Shown here in pieces: positions 20,749-33,870 of a DNA stretch of 64,000 nucleotides. This DNA comes from Octopus sinensis. Its lineage: Eukaryota. The notes below the pieces were generated by a model that did no database searches, was not told where the DNA came from, and saw only the letters and a program-made list of their open reading frames with translations. The stretch spans positions 13,950,001 through 14,014,000 of the forward strand of contig NC_043001.1 in assembly GCF_006345805.1 (NCBI RefSeq), written 5' to 3'. Position numbers and translations under genes: made by a program. The stretch's first letter is position 1, and every line of letters starts with the position of its first letter.

Positions 20749-22622
20749 CCGTTGCCAATTTTGCACCATGCACATGAAAGGTTGCATCATCACTCATGTA
20801 AATACCCAGGTCTCGCACCGATTGTGCCTCTGGGATTGCAATCCCTCCAGGTCCAGTTATTTATTGGGTATTGCATTTAGTTTTGCATGCTGATAGCATA
20901 AAGCTTGAAAATTTTCAGCATTGAACTGCATGATATTCTTTTCAGCCCACTTGTATATTTTGTCCAGCTCACATTGCAGGTGCTTAGTATCTTTAGGGCT
21001 CTGTATTGCCTGTGAAACTTTTGTATCATCTGCATAACTTGTGATCGTGGCTCTCTGCGTGGCTGAGGGCATGTCTGAGAGGGCCATTATGAGCAGTAGT
21101 GGTCCCAAAACAGTGCCTTGCGGAACACCGCTCACTATTTGCGTGTTAACGGAAGTGGCCCCATTGGCTACTATCACCTGACTTCTATCCCTCAGAAAGT
21201 CAGAAGCCATTCTCCCAATTTTCCTACTATGCCAAGATCCCGCAGTTTGTGACATAGCATTCCATGATCGACTTTATCAAAGGCCTTTGCAAAGTCGAGA
21301 TATATGACTTCCACATTTGAGTGGTTGAGCAGTCGTTGCAGCACCCTGTTGTAGGAGCTGAGTTAAGCAGCTTCATCCTGGTCGGAAACCATGTTGGGTG
21401 TCAGGCAGCAAGTCATTTTCTGCAAGGAAGGTGATTAGTTTCCTTCTGACTATTCGTTCCATGACTTTCCTGATGTGTGAGGTCAGAGAGATAGGTCTGT
21501 AGTTCACGGCCTCCGCTCTGCTACCTCCTTTATGAATAGGGCATATTTTACCTTCCTTCAGTTTTCTTGGAAGTTTGCCAGTTGCAAGGAAGCTCTGAAA
21601 GAGGAACTGCAGTGGTATTGCTAAGACTCTCTTACATACTTTTAGAAGGATTGCTGGGAATCCATCGGGGCCAGTAGCTGAGTTTGTTTTCATTTCATCT
21701 ATAGCCTGTATTACATCGTCTTCCTTAATATTGATGTAATCAATATTGTAATCAATTGATGTAATCATCGCTGCCTCTGATTTTATATCTGCAGTGGTAA
21801 AGAAGTCAGTTGGATTGCTGACTTGAAAATGCCCTAGGGGTGGAGTGAAAATACTCTTGAATTTCTCATTTAGTATTTCACTTATCCTCATTGGATTTCC
21901 TGTGAGTGTGCCATCCTTTTCAAGGAGTGGCCCTATCCTACAGTGCCCCTTAGCTGTTTCTTTGGCATACCTGTAGAAAGCTCTGGGGTTAGATTTTATG
22001 TTGTCTATAGCCCAGGCTTCTTTGCCAGCTCTTTCTTTTTCATGGGAGAGTTGCAGACATTTTTTCAATTTCCAACAGTTTTATTTTCAGGCGGGACTTT
22101 TCACTGCTTTCAATCTGTTTGTTTAGGCGATTTGAAACTTTTGTACGCCGTCGCATTAGAATTTTCCTCTCACTGGAGATTTTGTTCTTGTGTACAGTGG
22201 CCTTTCTCTCTGGGACACATTTGTAGTATATGGCTTGCATTACAGACATGAATTGTTGAAGTTTCATGTCGATGTCTGGCGAGGAGAGACATTCAGGCCA
22301 GTTTTGTTTGAGGATCTCTTTCTCAATTTGTTTCCAGTTTGCCTTATGGAAGTTCAAGCTGGAAAGATTCTGAGGGTTTCTTGTAGGCTGCATGTCCATG
22401 CTTTCCTTTGGCCCGTACATGGTCAGCTCTACCATGTTGTGATCCGAGAGTACTGTCGGTGTCACTTTCACATTATGGATGAGATCCATATTATTTGTGA
22501 AGCAGAGATCCAGTATGTTACCTTCCCTGGTTGGTTGGAGTATTACTTGCTCCATGTACAGAGTGTTGATGAGGTTCAGGAGGGACCTCGCCTGTCCTTG
22601 TTTGCATCGTGTCATTCCTGGG
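20749..22622 (-). mobile_element. CR1-clade LINE internal fragment (end of APE through RT)
   Basis: PTREGNILDLCF, SDH, SATGPDGFP, YRPISLTSH, QHGFRPG, GVPQGTVLGP, SYADDTK; closely similar to 30420-32270. Confidence 0.9.
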
Positions 22623-22635
22623 ATTATATATATAT

Positions 22636-23418
22636 AATTAAATAAGGGTAGAAATTGATATTAATCAATTAAAACCAGTGGCCTAGCATATTTTAAAAAT
22701 CCAAAGATTAAACATTTTTTACATACAAAATTTAAAGGACTGACCTCTAAATGTGGACAGCCTGTATGCTAGATATAGACGTCAAAATCGCCATTTTCCA
22801 CGGAGAATGTGTTCTCAAGAAAAAATTCAGCAAAAAACCAAAGCGTAAAAATAAGCAAGACAAATGAAAATATAGGAAATAAAAAACGACTACCTATGTA
22901 CTAATTAGTTTCACTCGTTAATAATTTACGTATATGAATACATAAACATCTGCAAGATCATCAGCATAGTCTGTCGTTTATGAAACAATTTCTAGAACCA
23001 GATACAGGGCGCTCGACCGAAATCCAGCATTGTATAGAGTTCCACAATTTATATTTATGTGTATCTTTCAAATGCCTTCAGTTTGGCGCTCTGAGACCGG
23101 AAATTACTCTGCAGTTAATAAACTACAGCAGTCAATTTACCGGTTAGAGAACATCTTTTTAATTTAAAATTAAATAAGGGTAGAAATTGATATTAATCAA
23201 TTAAAACCAGTGACCTAGCATATTTAAAAAATCTGAAGATTAAAAATTTTTTACATACAAAATTTAGAGGATTGACCACTAAAAGTAGACAACCTGTATG
23301 CTAGATATAGACGTCAAAATCGCCATTTTCCACGGAGAATGTGTTCTCAAGAAAAAATTCAGCAAAAACTGGCATACAGGGTGTCCACTTTTAGTGGTCA
23401 ATCCTCTAAATTTTGTAT
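22636..23418. repeat. Two 201-bp direct repeats plus a 47-bp inverted tail
   Basis: 22636-22836 matches 23168-23368; 23372-23418 is the reverse complement of 23255-23301. Confidence 0.8.
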
Positions 23419-23760
23419 ATATATATATATACATATATGTATATAGATTTATATATGTATGTATGTGTATATATATATATATGTGTGTGTGTAGAGAGAG
23501 AGAGATTTCTATATGTGTGTATGTATGTATATATACACAGAGAGATTTATATGTGTATATACAGATATACATATATATACATAGTCACAGTGAGTATATT
23601 CAACCCTCTTATAGGGATATTTATCCAAGATACACTGGTTTAATATATTAAATTTTGAAGAAACAAAATCTTTTAATGAAGATATTATGTAGAATATCAC
23701 AAGATATCACTCGTTTTTATTGAGTTAGAAAATAAAGAGTTCTAACGGATACGAATTATT

Positions 23761-23968
23761 TTATTAATTTATCAACATCTTAACCAACAGTTGTTTTATT
23801 TCTCAAATGAGATTAAAATTGCGTAACATATACAACAATATACCTTTGAATTTATATGCCTAAGGTATTTAAAATGCAAAATTATATCTTTTAATATACG
23901 TTTTGCAATTTTAATCTTATTTGAGAAATGAAACAACTCCTTGGTTGATATGTTGATTAATTAATAAA
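23761..23968. repeat. Fold-back element with about 65-bp arms
   Basis: CAACAGTTGTTTTATTTCTCAAATGAGATTAAAATTGC versus GCAATTTTAATCTTATTTGAGAAATGAAACAACTCCTTG. Confidence 0.7.
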
Positions 23969-24499
23969 TTAAATTAATTCGTGTGCATTGGATCTCTCTG
24001 TTTTCTAAATTATATATATATATATAACGATGAAAGTAAGCAAACAAAGGAAGTTTGCTTTAGAAGCGTTGAGATGTCTTAGAAAGTCAAAGAAGTGATT
24101 TTTTTCAATTCTCAAACACAAGATATTGCTAACAATATACCCTGAACAGGATAAACCCCCTAGTTTGCAGAAAAAGTGTTGGCGGCTATATATATATATA
24201 TATATTCCAGATTTTCCATTCCATGTAAGCACAGGAATCAAACATTGGATTGAAAGAACTGAATAGTGGTATAAATATCAACACAATTATTTCTTTTTCT
24301 TCTTTCTTCCCTTTTCCAACAACACCCCTTCAAGAATCACAGACACACACACACAAACCTTTACAAAATAATAATAAAAAGAAATCCAGACAATTCTTTT
24401 TTGAAATGGCCAATTTCTTAAAACCAAAAACCATTTACAGTTGCAAAAAAATAAAAACAAAAGTGGCACTGATTACTCTTAACGACTTGACCATTCCTC

Positions 24500-24576
24500 C
24501 TTAACACCACTTTCAGATACAAAGACACAAACACATGCACCACACACGCGCACACATAAACACACACACACACACA

Positions 24577-24610
<34 letters not shown>

Positions 24611-25090
24611 AGACAATGATAAAAAGGAAATATGATTTATGGTCTTCTTTCTCTTCCTTTTCTTCCTTTCCTTCTTTATCTCTAAGACTCCTTACAGATA
24701 CAAAAACAAACACACACAGGCACACACACACATGCTCTCTCTCACTTTCTCCCCATTCATCACCCTCTTGTACTATCTTATATCCCTCCCCCACCACTAC
24801 ACACTCAATAATACTATAAGATGGAAAAAAAAATTTCTCCAAGATCTTGGAGTAAACATCCTGACCAACTACAAAAGAAACCAGCAAAACAATTTTCTCT
24901 TCTTCCTTCTCTCCCTTTTCTTCCTCCCCTTCTTTTTCTTTAACACCACTTTCAGATACAAAAACACACGCGCGCACATACACACACACACATACATACA
25001 TGTTCTCTCTCTCTCACTTTCTCCCCATTCATCACCCTCTTGTACTATCTTATATCCCTTCCCACCACTACACACCCAATAACATTATAA
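24500..25090. repeat. Imperfect local tandem repeat, three units of about 200-250 bp with CA/CT tracts
   Basis: Recurrent CAGATACAAA.ACAC and CTTTCTCCCCATTCATCACCCTCTTGTACTATCTTATATCCC. Confidence 0.7.
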
Positions 25091-25316
25091 AATGATCAAA
25101 ATTTTTACAGGAACTTAGTTCAATTTGAAAAATCTACCAGAATGGACGCAATTTGAAAACTCCACCAGAATGGACGAAAGCGCTTATATATGATATAAGT
25201 TATATGATGTATAAAAACATGTAATATACAAATAAATATCTGTAAATATAAAACCATCCGAATTTCTGAGTACCTCATTTCTTCTAATATAAAATACCTG
25301 TACATCATCTCCAACC

Positions 25317-25387
<71 letters not shown>

Positions 25388-25494
25388 TGCGCGTGTATGT
25401 GTGTGTGATTTAGTTCAAATTTACAGAAAAACTAGGCGAAGAGAGATGAATGAATAAGCAGTTGTATTACTTTGACGCTAGGGAAAGTGGGAGT

Positions 25495-25530
25495 CTTTTA
25501 TGTTTCGAGCCTACGCTCTTCAACAAAAAG
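25495..25530 (-). ncRNA. Degenerate hammerhead-like motif in a PLE-type end (element about 25390-25680)
   Basis: CTTT TTGTTGA A GAGC-GTAG-GCTC GAAA CA TA AAAG; homologue at 36667-36701. Confidence 0.35.
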
Positions 25531-25740
25531 GTATCACACAAAATAAACAGGGAGAGGATTAAAACAAAAACTTGTGGATTTAGCGATCAAGCATGGCAGG
25601 TGATTGGGAAAAAAATGGTTTGACGGGAAAGGTAGAAACAAGGGGAGATAATAATGTAATGGTGATCCCAATGATATATATATATATATAGTTAATCCAA
25701 ACATGAACAAAGAGAAAACACAACGTGAGGACAAGGAGGA

Positions 25741-25776
25741 TTTAAAGTTTCGAGCGGAGCTCTTCGTCAGGAACAT
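25741..25776 (-). ncRNA. Minimal hammerhead motif in a PLE-type end (element about 25690-25840)
   Basis: TGTTC CTGACGA A GAGC-TCC-GCTC GAAA CT TT AAA; canonical CUGANGA core. Confidence 0.5.
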
Positions 25777-25839
25777 AGGAAAAGGAAAGGTCCAAGGAAG
25801 GGAAGACGGAGAAATAAAATCACCAACGATACAACGATT

Positions 25840-26094
25840 TATATATATATATATATATTATATAGATATATATATATATGTAAATATATATATTATATGT
25901 AAATATATATATATATGTAAATATATATATATATGTATAATATATATATGTATATATATATAATGTTATATATATATATAGGTAAATATATATATATATT
26001 GTAAATATATATATGTAAATATATATATATATGTATATAATATATATGTATATATATATGTATGTATATATATATGTATGTATATATATATATG

Positions 26095-26125
<31 letters not shown>

Positions 26126-26193
26126 GTAATATATATATATATGTAAATATATATATATATGTAAATATATATATATATGTATATATATATATG

Positions 26194-26226
<33 letters not shown>

Positions 26227-26341
26227 GTAAATATATATATATATGTAAATATATATATATGTAAATATATATATATGTATATATATATATATGTATATAT
26301 ATATGTATGTATATATATATGTATGTAATATATAATATATG

Positions 26342-26372
<31 letters not shown>

Positions 26373-26423
26373 GTATTATATATATATATGTATATATATA
26401 TATATGTATATATTATATATATG

Positions 26424-26454
<31 letters not shown>

Positions 26455-26499
26455 GTATATAATATATATGTATATTATATATGTATATATATATATATG

Positions 26500-26550
<51 letters not shown>

Positions 26551-26583
26551 GTATATATGTATATATATATATATGTATATATG

Positions 26584-26614
<31 letters not shown>

Positions 26615-26690
26615 GTTAATATATATATTATATGTATATATATATATGTATATATGTATATATATATGTATATATATATATGTATATGTG

Positions 26691-26735
<45 letters not shown>

Positions 26736-26771
26736 GTATATAATATATATGTATATATATATATATATGTG

Positions 26772-26836
<65 letters not shown>

Positions 26837-26892
26837 GTATATTATATATATTATTATAATATATATATTATATATATATGTATATATATATG

Positions 26893-26961
<69 letters not shown>

Positions 26962-27030
26962 TATATGTATGTATATATATATGTATGTATATAATATGTG
27001 TGTATATATAATATGTATATATATATATAT

Positions 27031-27079
<49 letters not shown>

Positions 27080-27304
27080 GTGTATATATATTATATGTAT
27101 ATATATATATATTGTATATATATATATATGTGTATATATATATGTTATATATATATGTATATATATGTATATATATATGTATATATATATATGTATATAT
27201 ATATGTATATATATATATGTATATATATTATGTATATATATATATGTATATATATATATTGTTATATATATATATTATATATATATATATATATATGTAT
27301 ATAT

Positions 27305-27376
<72 letters not shown>
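25840..27376. repeat. Long degenerate (TA)n microsatellite with periodic G
   Basis: Direct reading. Confidence 0.95.
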
Positions 27377-27378
<2 letters not shown>

Positions 27379-27399
27379 ACATATTATTTTATAGATAAA

Positions 27400-27906
27400 C
27401 TAGCAGTATCGCCCGGCGTTGCTCGGGTTTGTAAGGGAAATAACTATATAAGCATTTATAGAGAGTTACTTCCCTTATAAATTCGGGCTTTCTTAGCCAT
27501 TTTTGTTTTGGTGTCTTCAAGCCATGAAGTCGTTGTTCTAAAAGAACGCTGGTTTCCTTCACAACGCATTACGACGTTGATTTCTTTACACTCCCTTCCC
27601 CACAGCTTCACGAGGGAGGGAAGGGGGAAAAGCAAACAGGTGCAGCTGTGAGCGTGGACGCCAACTCCGCCGCCATCGACACACGATGCATTTTATGCAT
27701 TAAAATGGAATAAAAATGATGTTTAAATTATTTTAAAATCGTAGACTCATCGTTGACGCGCGCTAATAGTCAGACGGGCTCGATATGAATCACGACTATA
27801 AGATACCCGAATTTGGTTAAACTGCACCGCAAAATGTGGGAGGAGTTAGGAATCTAAATCGAAGGGGACAGACACTCACACAACTAGAGTTTTATATATA
27901 TATAGA
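27400..27906 (-). mobile_element. Non-autonomous Helitron with an extra internal segment of about 210 bp
   Basis: A|TC ... CCCGAGCAACGCCGGG hairpin, CTAG|T; same family as 50125-50519, 61746-62140 and 62431-62825. Confidence 0.8.
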
Positions 27907-28094
27907 TATAGTGTATGTAAGCACCGACGCATGAGTATAAGAATACATGTGTAATAGTGTTCATATAATTAGATATTTATTCATTGGTATATCTAAATAC
28001 TCTTTTACTCTTTTACTCTTTTACTCTAGCAAATACATACAAGTGTTGAATCTCTCCCGTTGTATTTCGTCTCCATATTAAGCAATTATATATA

Positions 28095-28995
28095 TATATA
28101 TTGTTAATAATTATTGTTAATTAGCCTTAAGATTAAATTAAATAACGTTTAATATTGTTTTAATATTGTTAATAATTTTTCAGATACTCTATCTTCTAAT
28201 TAGCCTTAAGATTAAATTAAATAACGTTTAATATTAATAACGTCTAGTTAGCCTTAGGATTAAATTAAATAACGTTTAATATTGTTAATAATTATTGTTA
28301 ATTAGCCTTAGGATTAAATTAAATAACGTTTAATATTGTTTAATATTGTTAATAATTACTGTTAATTAGCCTTAAGATTAAATTAAATAACGTTTAATAT
28401 TGTTTAATATTGTTAATAATTATTGTTAATTGGCCTTAGGATTAAATTAAATAACGTTTAATATTGTTTAATATTGTTAATAATTATTGTTAATTAGCCT
28501 TAAGATTAAATTAAATAACGTTTAATATTGTTTTAATATTGTTAATAATTCTTCAGATACTCTATCTTCTAATTAGCCTTAAGATTAAATTAAATAACGT
28601 TTAATATTAATAACGTCTAATTAGCCTTAAGATTAAATTAAATAACGGTTAATATTGCTTAATATTGTATATATAATTTTTCAGATACTCTGTCTTCTAA
28701 TTAGCCTTAAGATTAAATTAAATAACGTTTAATATTACCCACACTCTAATATAATATTAATATTGCTAATATATTTTCAGATACTCTATCTCCAAATTAG
28801 CCTTAAGATAAAATAACGTTTTTTTACCCACACTCTAATATAATATTAATATTGCTAATATATTTTCAGATACTCTATCTCCTAATTAGCCTTAAGATTA
28901 AATAACGTTTTTACCCAAATAACGTTTTTACACAAACTTTAATATTGTTAATATTTCTTTTTCAAGTACTCTATCTTCTAATTAGCCTTAATATC
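28095..28995. repeat. AT-rich modular minisatellite, 13 core copies
   Basis: TTAGCCTTA cores at 28121, 28200, 28248, 28302, 28366, 28430, 28494, 28573, 28621, 28701, 28797, 28886, 28982. Confidence 0.9.
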
Positions 28996-29052
28996 TTCCT
29001 GTCTTCTCTCGAACATAATTAGATAGATAAACGGATAGACGGATTATCCAGC

Positions 29053-29960
29053 ATGTCCAGAGCATGGAGACGTGACGAGCTGGATTTATTCGTACGAGCA
29101 TGGGAGTGCGCCGGCGGAGATAGCCCTAGCGAGGTGATTGCGGCTGCGCTGAAGAGCAGAGGCTACAAGAGACAGCGGCTCAGATGGAGCGAAGAGACAG
29201 GAATTCGTGCGCTCATATGCGCTTGTACGGTCGCACATTGGCGCACTTGATGCCATCTTTGAGAACGAGCGGGGCAAAGATGGCAAGAATGGAGACGATG
29301 AAAGAAGTCACCCCCACCTGGTGGACGCCCAGGAGGAGGTTTTGAATGAGAAACCTGCCCGGGAAGTGAACCCAGGTGCAAGTTCTCCAACCGGCAGCAA
29401 GGGCCATGGAGACGGAGAACCCGGTGAAGAGGTAGAGGGAGGAAGAAGAACTAAAAGAAGGACTGGAAGAGCTAAAGGAAAAGAAAAAGCTCAAGCAGGA
29501 CCAAAGAGTGAAACAACCAGGAATAGAAGTGGAACCGCAAAGGATGGAACCAAACAGCTCACACGGTGTGTATGTTCTACCTGAGAGGTTCCTGCTGGCA
29601 CGGAAAGGAAGGTGCAGGCTGCCGCTTTGCACATCGGGGACCCTGCCACAGAGACACGAGGCAGATGGACAAACCATCAACACAAAGAAAGGGATGGACT
29701 ACGCACCACCTGCCCCAAAGCGGAGGTACGCAGATGTTGTGCGCGCCACAAACAGCCAACATGATGTTGTCGAAAGAGCAGCTGCTGAGCAACAATCTTT
29801 TTTGTGCATGGCACAAAAGATTGTACAGCAGCTGACCTGGCTTCATCAAACCCAAGCCCGCATGTGGGACTACCCACTATATACCAGACCACCACAGCAA
29901 ACAGACACAGGATGGACACCGCCGGCAACAACGTACACCTCACCTCGATACTCCTACTGA
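29053..29960 (+). pseudogene. CR1 ORF1, frameshifted, with CCCH zinc finger
   Basis: Pieces in several frames; CMFYLRGSCWHGKEGAGCRFAH is C-x7-C-x8-C-x3-H. Confidence 0.7.
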
Positions 29961-32895
29961 ACATCAGAGGACTGCAAACACTCAGTAACAGGACAAAGAT
30001 CCCGTTCCTGAGAGACTTTGTTGCATGCAATCAAGCCTTGCATAGCACTTACAGAAACGCACCTGAAACCGGACATAGCAGATGCGGAGTTACACATACC
30101 ACAGTATGCTGTACTACGGACGACAGGAAAGAAAGGAGTCATGGAGGTGTTGCTATGTACATCCGTGAGGACCTCACACCCCAGGTCCTCTTGTCATACT
30201 CAAACTCGGTGTGTGACACACTAATTGTACATATTAGGCAACTTGATGTAGTTGTGTGTGCTACATATCGCCCTCCAGATGCCCCAAGCCATGTGGGCAA
30301 GTTTGAAGACTGCCTTATAAAAATAGAAGAAATTCTAACCACATTAGAACAACACATAGGTGTGCTTCTTATGGGAGACTTCAATCTGCCCAATGTCAGA
30401 TGGCCCGAGGGCCTTTCTCTCCAGGAATGACAAGATGTGAACGAGGACAGGCGAGGTCCCTCCTGAACCTCATCAACACCCTGTACATGGAGCAGGTAAT
30501 ACTCCAACCAACCAGGGCAGGAAACACACTGGATCTCTGCTTCACAAATGACATGGATCTCATCCATAATGTGAAAGTGACAAACCGACACTACTCTCGG
30601 ATCACAACATGATAGAGCTGACCATGTACGGGCCAAAAGAGAGCACGGACATGCAGCCTACAAGAAACCCTCAAAATCTTTCCAGCTTGAACTACCATAA
30701 GGCAAACTGGAAACAAATTGAGAAAGAGATCCTCAAACAAAACTGGCCTAAATGTCTCTCCTCGCCAGACATCGACGTGAAACTTCAACAATTCATGTCT
30801 GTAATGCAAGCCTATGCTACAAATGTGTCCCAGAGAGAAAGGCCACTGTACACAAGAACAAAATCCCCAGAGAGAGGAAAATTTTATGAGACGGCGTACG
30901 AAATTTTCAATCGCCTAAACAAAGAGATTGAAAGCAGTGAAAAGTCCCGCCTAAAAATAAAACTGTTGGAAATCGAAAATGTCTGCAACTCTCCCATGAA
31001 AAAGAAAGAGCAGACCAAGAAGCCTGGGCTATAGAAAACATAATCTAACCCCAGAGCTTTCTACAGGTATGCCAAAGAACAGCTACAGTGCACTGTAGAA
31101 TAGGGCCACTCCTCGAAAAGATGGCACACTTACAGGAAAACCAATGAGGGTAAGTGAAATACTGAATGAGCAATTCAAGAGTGTTTTCACTCCACCCCTT
31201 GGGCATCTCCAAATCACCAATCCAACTGACTTTTTTTACCACTGCAGATATAAAATCAGAGGCGGCGACGATAGATTACATCGATATAAAGGAAGAAGAT
31301 GTAACCAAGGCTATAGATGAAATGAAAACAGACTCAGCTACTGGCCCCGATGGATTCCGGCAATCCTCCTAAAAGCATGTAAGAGAGTCCTAGCAAGACC
31401 ACTGCAGTTCCTCTTTCAGAGCTTCCTTGCAGCTGGCAAACTTCCAGGAAAACTGAAGGAAGGTAAAATATGCCCCATTCATAAAGGAGGTAGCAGAGCG
31501 GAAGCCAAGAACTATAGACCTATCTCTCTGACCTCACACATCAGCAAGGTCATGGAACGAATAGTCAGAAGGAAGCTGATCACCTTCCTTGAAGAGAATG
31601 ACTTGCTGCCCGACACCCAACATGGTTTCCGACCAGGAAGAAGCTGTTTAACTCAGCTCCTACAACACTATGACTGGGTGCTGAAACGGCTGCTCAACCA
31701 CTCAAATGTGGAAGTGATATATCTCGACTTTGCAAAGGCCTTTGATAAAGTCGATCATGGAATGATATGTCACAAACTGCGTGATCTCAACATAGTTGGA
31801 AAACTGGGAGAATGGCTTCATGACTTTCTGAAGGATAGAAGTCAGGTGGTAGTAGCCAATGGGGCCACCTCCATTAACACACAAATAGTGAGCGGTGTTC
31901 GCAAGGCACTGTTCTGGGACCACTACTGTTCATAATGGCCCTCTCAGACATGCCCTCAGCCACGCAGAGAGCCACGATCACAAGTTATGCAGATGATACA
32001 AAAGTTTCACAGGCAATACAGAACCCTGAGGACACTAAACACCTGCAATGTGAGCTGGACGAAATATACAAGTGGGCTGAAAAGAATATCATGCAGTTCA
32101 ATGCTGGAAAGTTTCAAGCTTTATACTATCAGCATGCAAAACTGAATGCAATACCCAATGAATACACTGGACCCGGAGGGATTGCAATCCCAGAGGCACA
32201 ATCAGTGCGTGACCTGGGTATTCACATGAGTGATGACGCGACCTTTCATGTACATGTTGCTAAACTGACAATGAAATGTAGACGGCTGCTGGATGGATTC
32301 TTAGAACCTTTAGAACAAGAGAACAAGAAACCATGATGGTCCTCTGGAAGACACTTGTCCTAAGCCACTTTGACTATTGCTCTCAGCTATGGTCACCATC
32401 CAGTGTCAAGTTGATCACAGAACTTGAGGCGATCCAACGAAGCTACACAAGAAGATAGCCTCTATGCAGAATGTAAGCTACTGGGAAAGACTCAAGAGAT
32501 TAAAATTATATTCCCTGGAGCGTAGGCGGGAAAGATATGCCATAATATACATCTGGAAGATCCTGGAGGGAAGTGTCCTGAACTTTGGCATCGAGAGTTA
32601 CGCAAATGCCAGAACTGGGCCCCACTGCGTGGTGCCTAGGACTCCGAACCTGCCATCAATTGTAGGACAAGATTCTGTGATAGCCTGGGCTTCCGAGGCC
32701 CACAGCTCTTCAATATCCTCCCGAAGAAACCTGAGAGACCTGCATGGGGTGGATACAGATGTCTTTAAAATGAAGCTGGATCTCTTCCTGTCAGGTGTCC
32801 CAGATGAACCAACTTCACGGCAGGAGGGGCAGATGAGGGCAGCTGCATCGAACTCTCTCATGCACCAAATAGCAGTTGCTAGAAAGCCTCCATGA
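29912..32895 (+). pseudogene. CR1 ORF2 (APE-RT), frameshifted
   Basis: LLLNIRGL, LTETHL, HGGVAMY, YRPPD, GDFNLP, TLDLCF, QHGFRPGRSCLTQLL, YLDFAKAFDKVDH, YADDTK, RDLG, LKLYSLERRRERY. Confidence 0.9.
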
Positions 32896-33344
32896 AGTGA
32901 AATCAAGTAGCAACACCAAATGGCGGTGCCCCAGCATGGCCACAGCTCATAAGCTGAAACTAGAATCAATCAATCAATCAATCAATCATATATATATATA
33001 TACATGCATGCATATATGTACAGTGGATTCAATTACATCGAAGGTGTGTATATATGTATGTAATTGAATCCACTGTACATATGTTTCGTTAGTGTTTTCT
33101 TGCCATTTGTATTGGTTCTTCTTTCTACAATAATGCAATTATATAGATCTTACTCGGCCAAGCCATATAGATTATGATTTCTAACTCTACCTTATTTCAA
33201 ATTATATTTTCAAATGTCACACTACACAAAATATTTCGTTTGTGACCACGCACAAGATTGGTTAATCTTCTAGATATAGAAATAATTTAATTTTCTCATA
33301 GTATATTCAACTGTCGTAAAAAACAGAGAGGCCACTTTAAATAA

Positions 33345-33870
33345 TTGTTTCTAATTTTGGCACAAGGTGATCAATTTCTAAGGAATATGTGCCAATCAGC
33401 ATTCGATTGGCACTTATTTTATAGACCCCGGAGAAATGAAAGGTAAAGTCGAGCTCGGTTGAAATTGAACTTAAAATATAAAGACGCACGAAATGACGCT
33501 AAGCTTTTTGTCGGCGCGGTAACGATTCTGCCAGCTCGCTGTTTCACCAACACACTACATAATCCTTTCTACAAATGGCAAAAAGCCTGAAATGTGTGGG
33601 GAGTGATCTGGTCGATAACATCAACCCCCAGAGTTTCACTGATATTTAATTTATCGACCCCGAAAGAATGAAAAACAAAGTTGACCTCGGTGGAATTTGA
33701 ACTCAGAACGTAGCGGCAGCCGAAATACCTATTTCTATACTACCCACAAGGGGCTAAACACAGAGAGGACAAACAAGGACAGACAAACGGATTAAGTCGA
33801 TTATATCGACCCCAGTGCGTGACTGGTACTTATTTAATCGACACCGAAAGGCAGACGAGATACCGCTAAC
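33345..33870 (-). mobile_element. Two adjacent SINE family 1 units; the second is a tail-A composite
   Basis: Target junction at 33717-33732. Confidence 0.75.

Larger units (their letters stand above)
28996..32989 (+). mobile_element. Near full-length CR1-clade LINE ending in (ATCA)n
   Basis: ORF1 plus APE-RT ORF2; 3' tail with hairpin followed by (ATCA)n; 5' boundary approximate. Confidence 0.9.

Noticed and set aside
22960-22985. DYADDLA RT-like motif on the minus strand
   Set aside because: Isolated 7 residues with a stop just upstream and no other RT motifs
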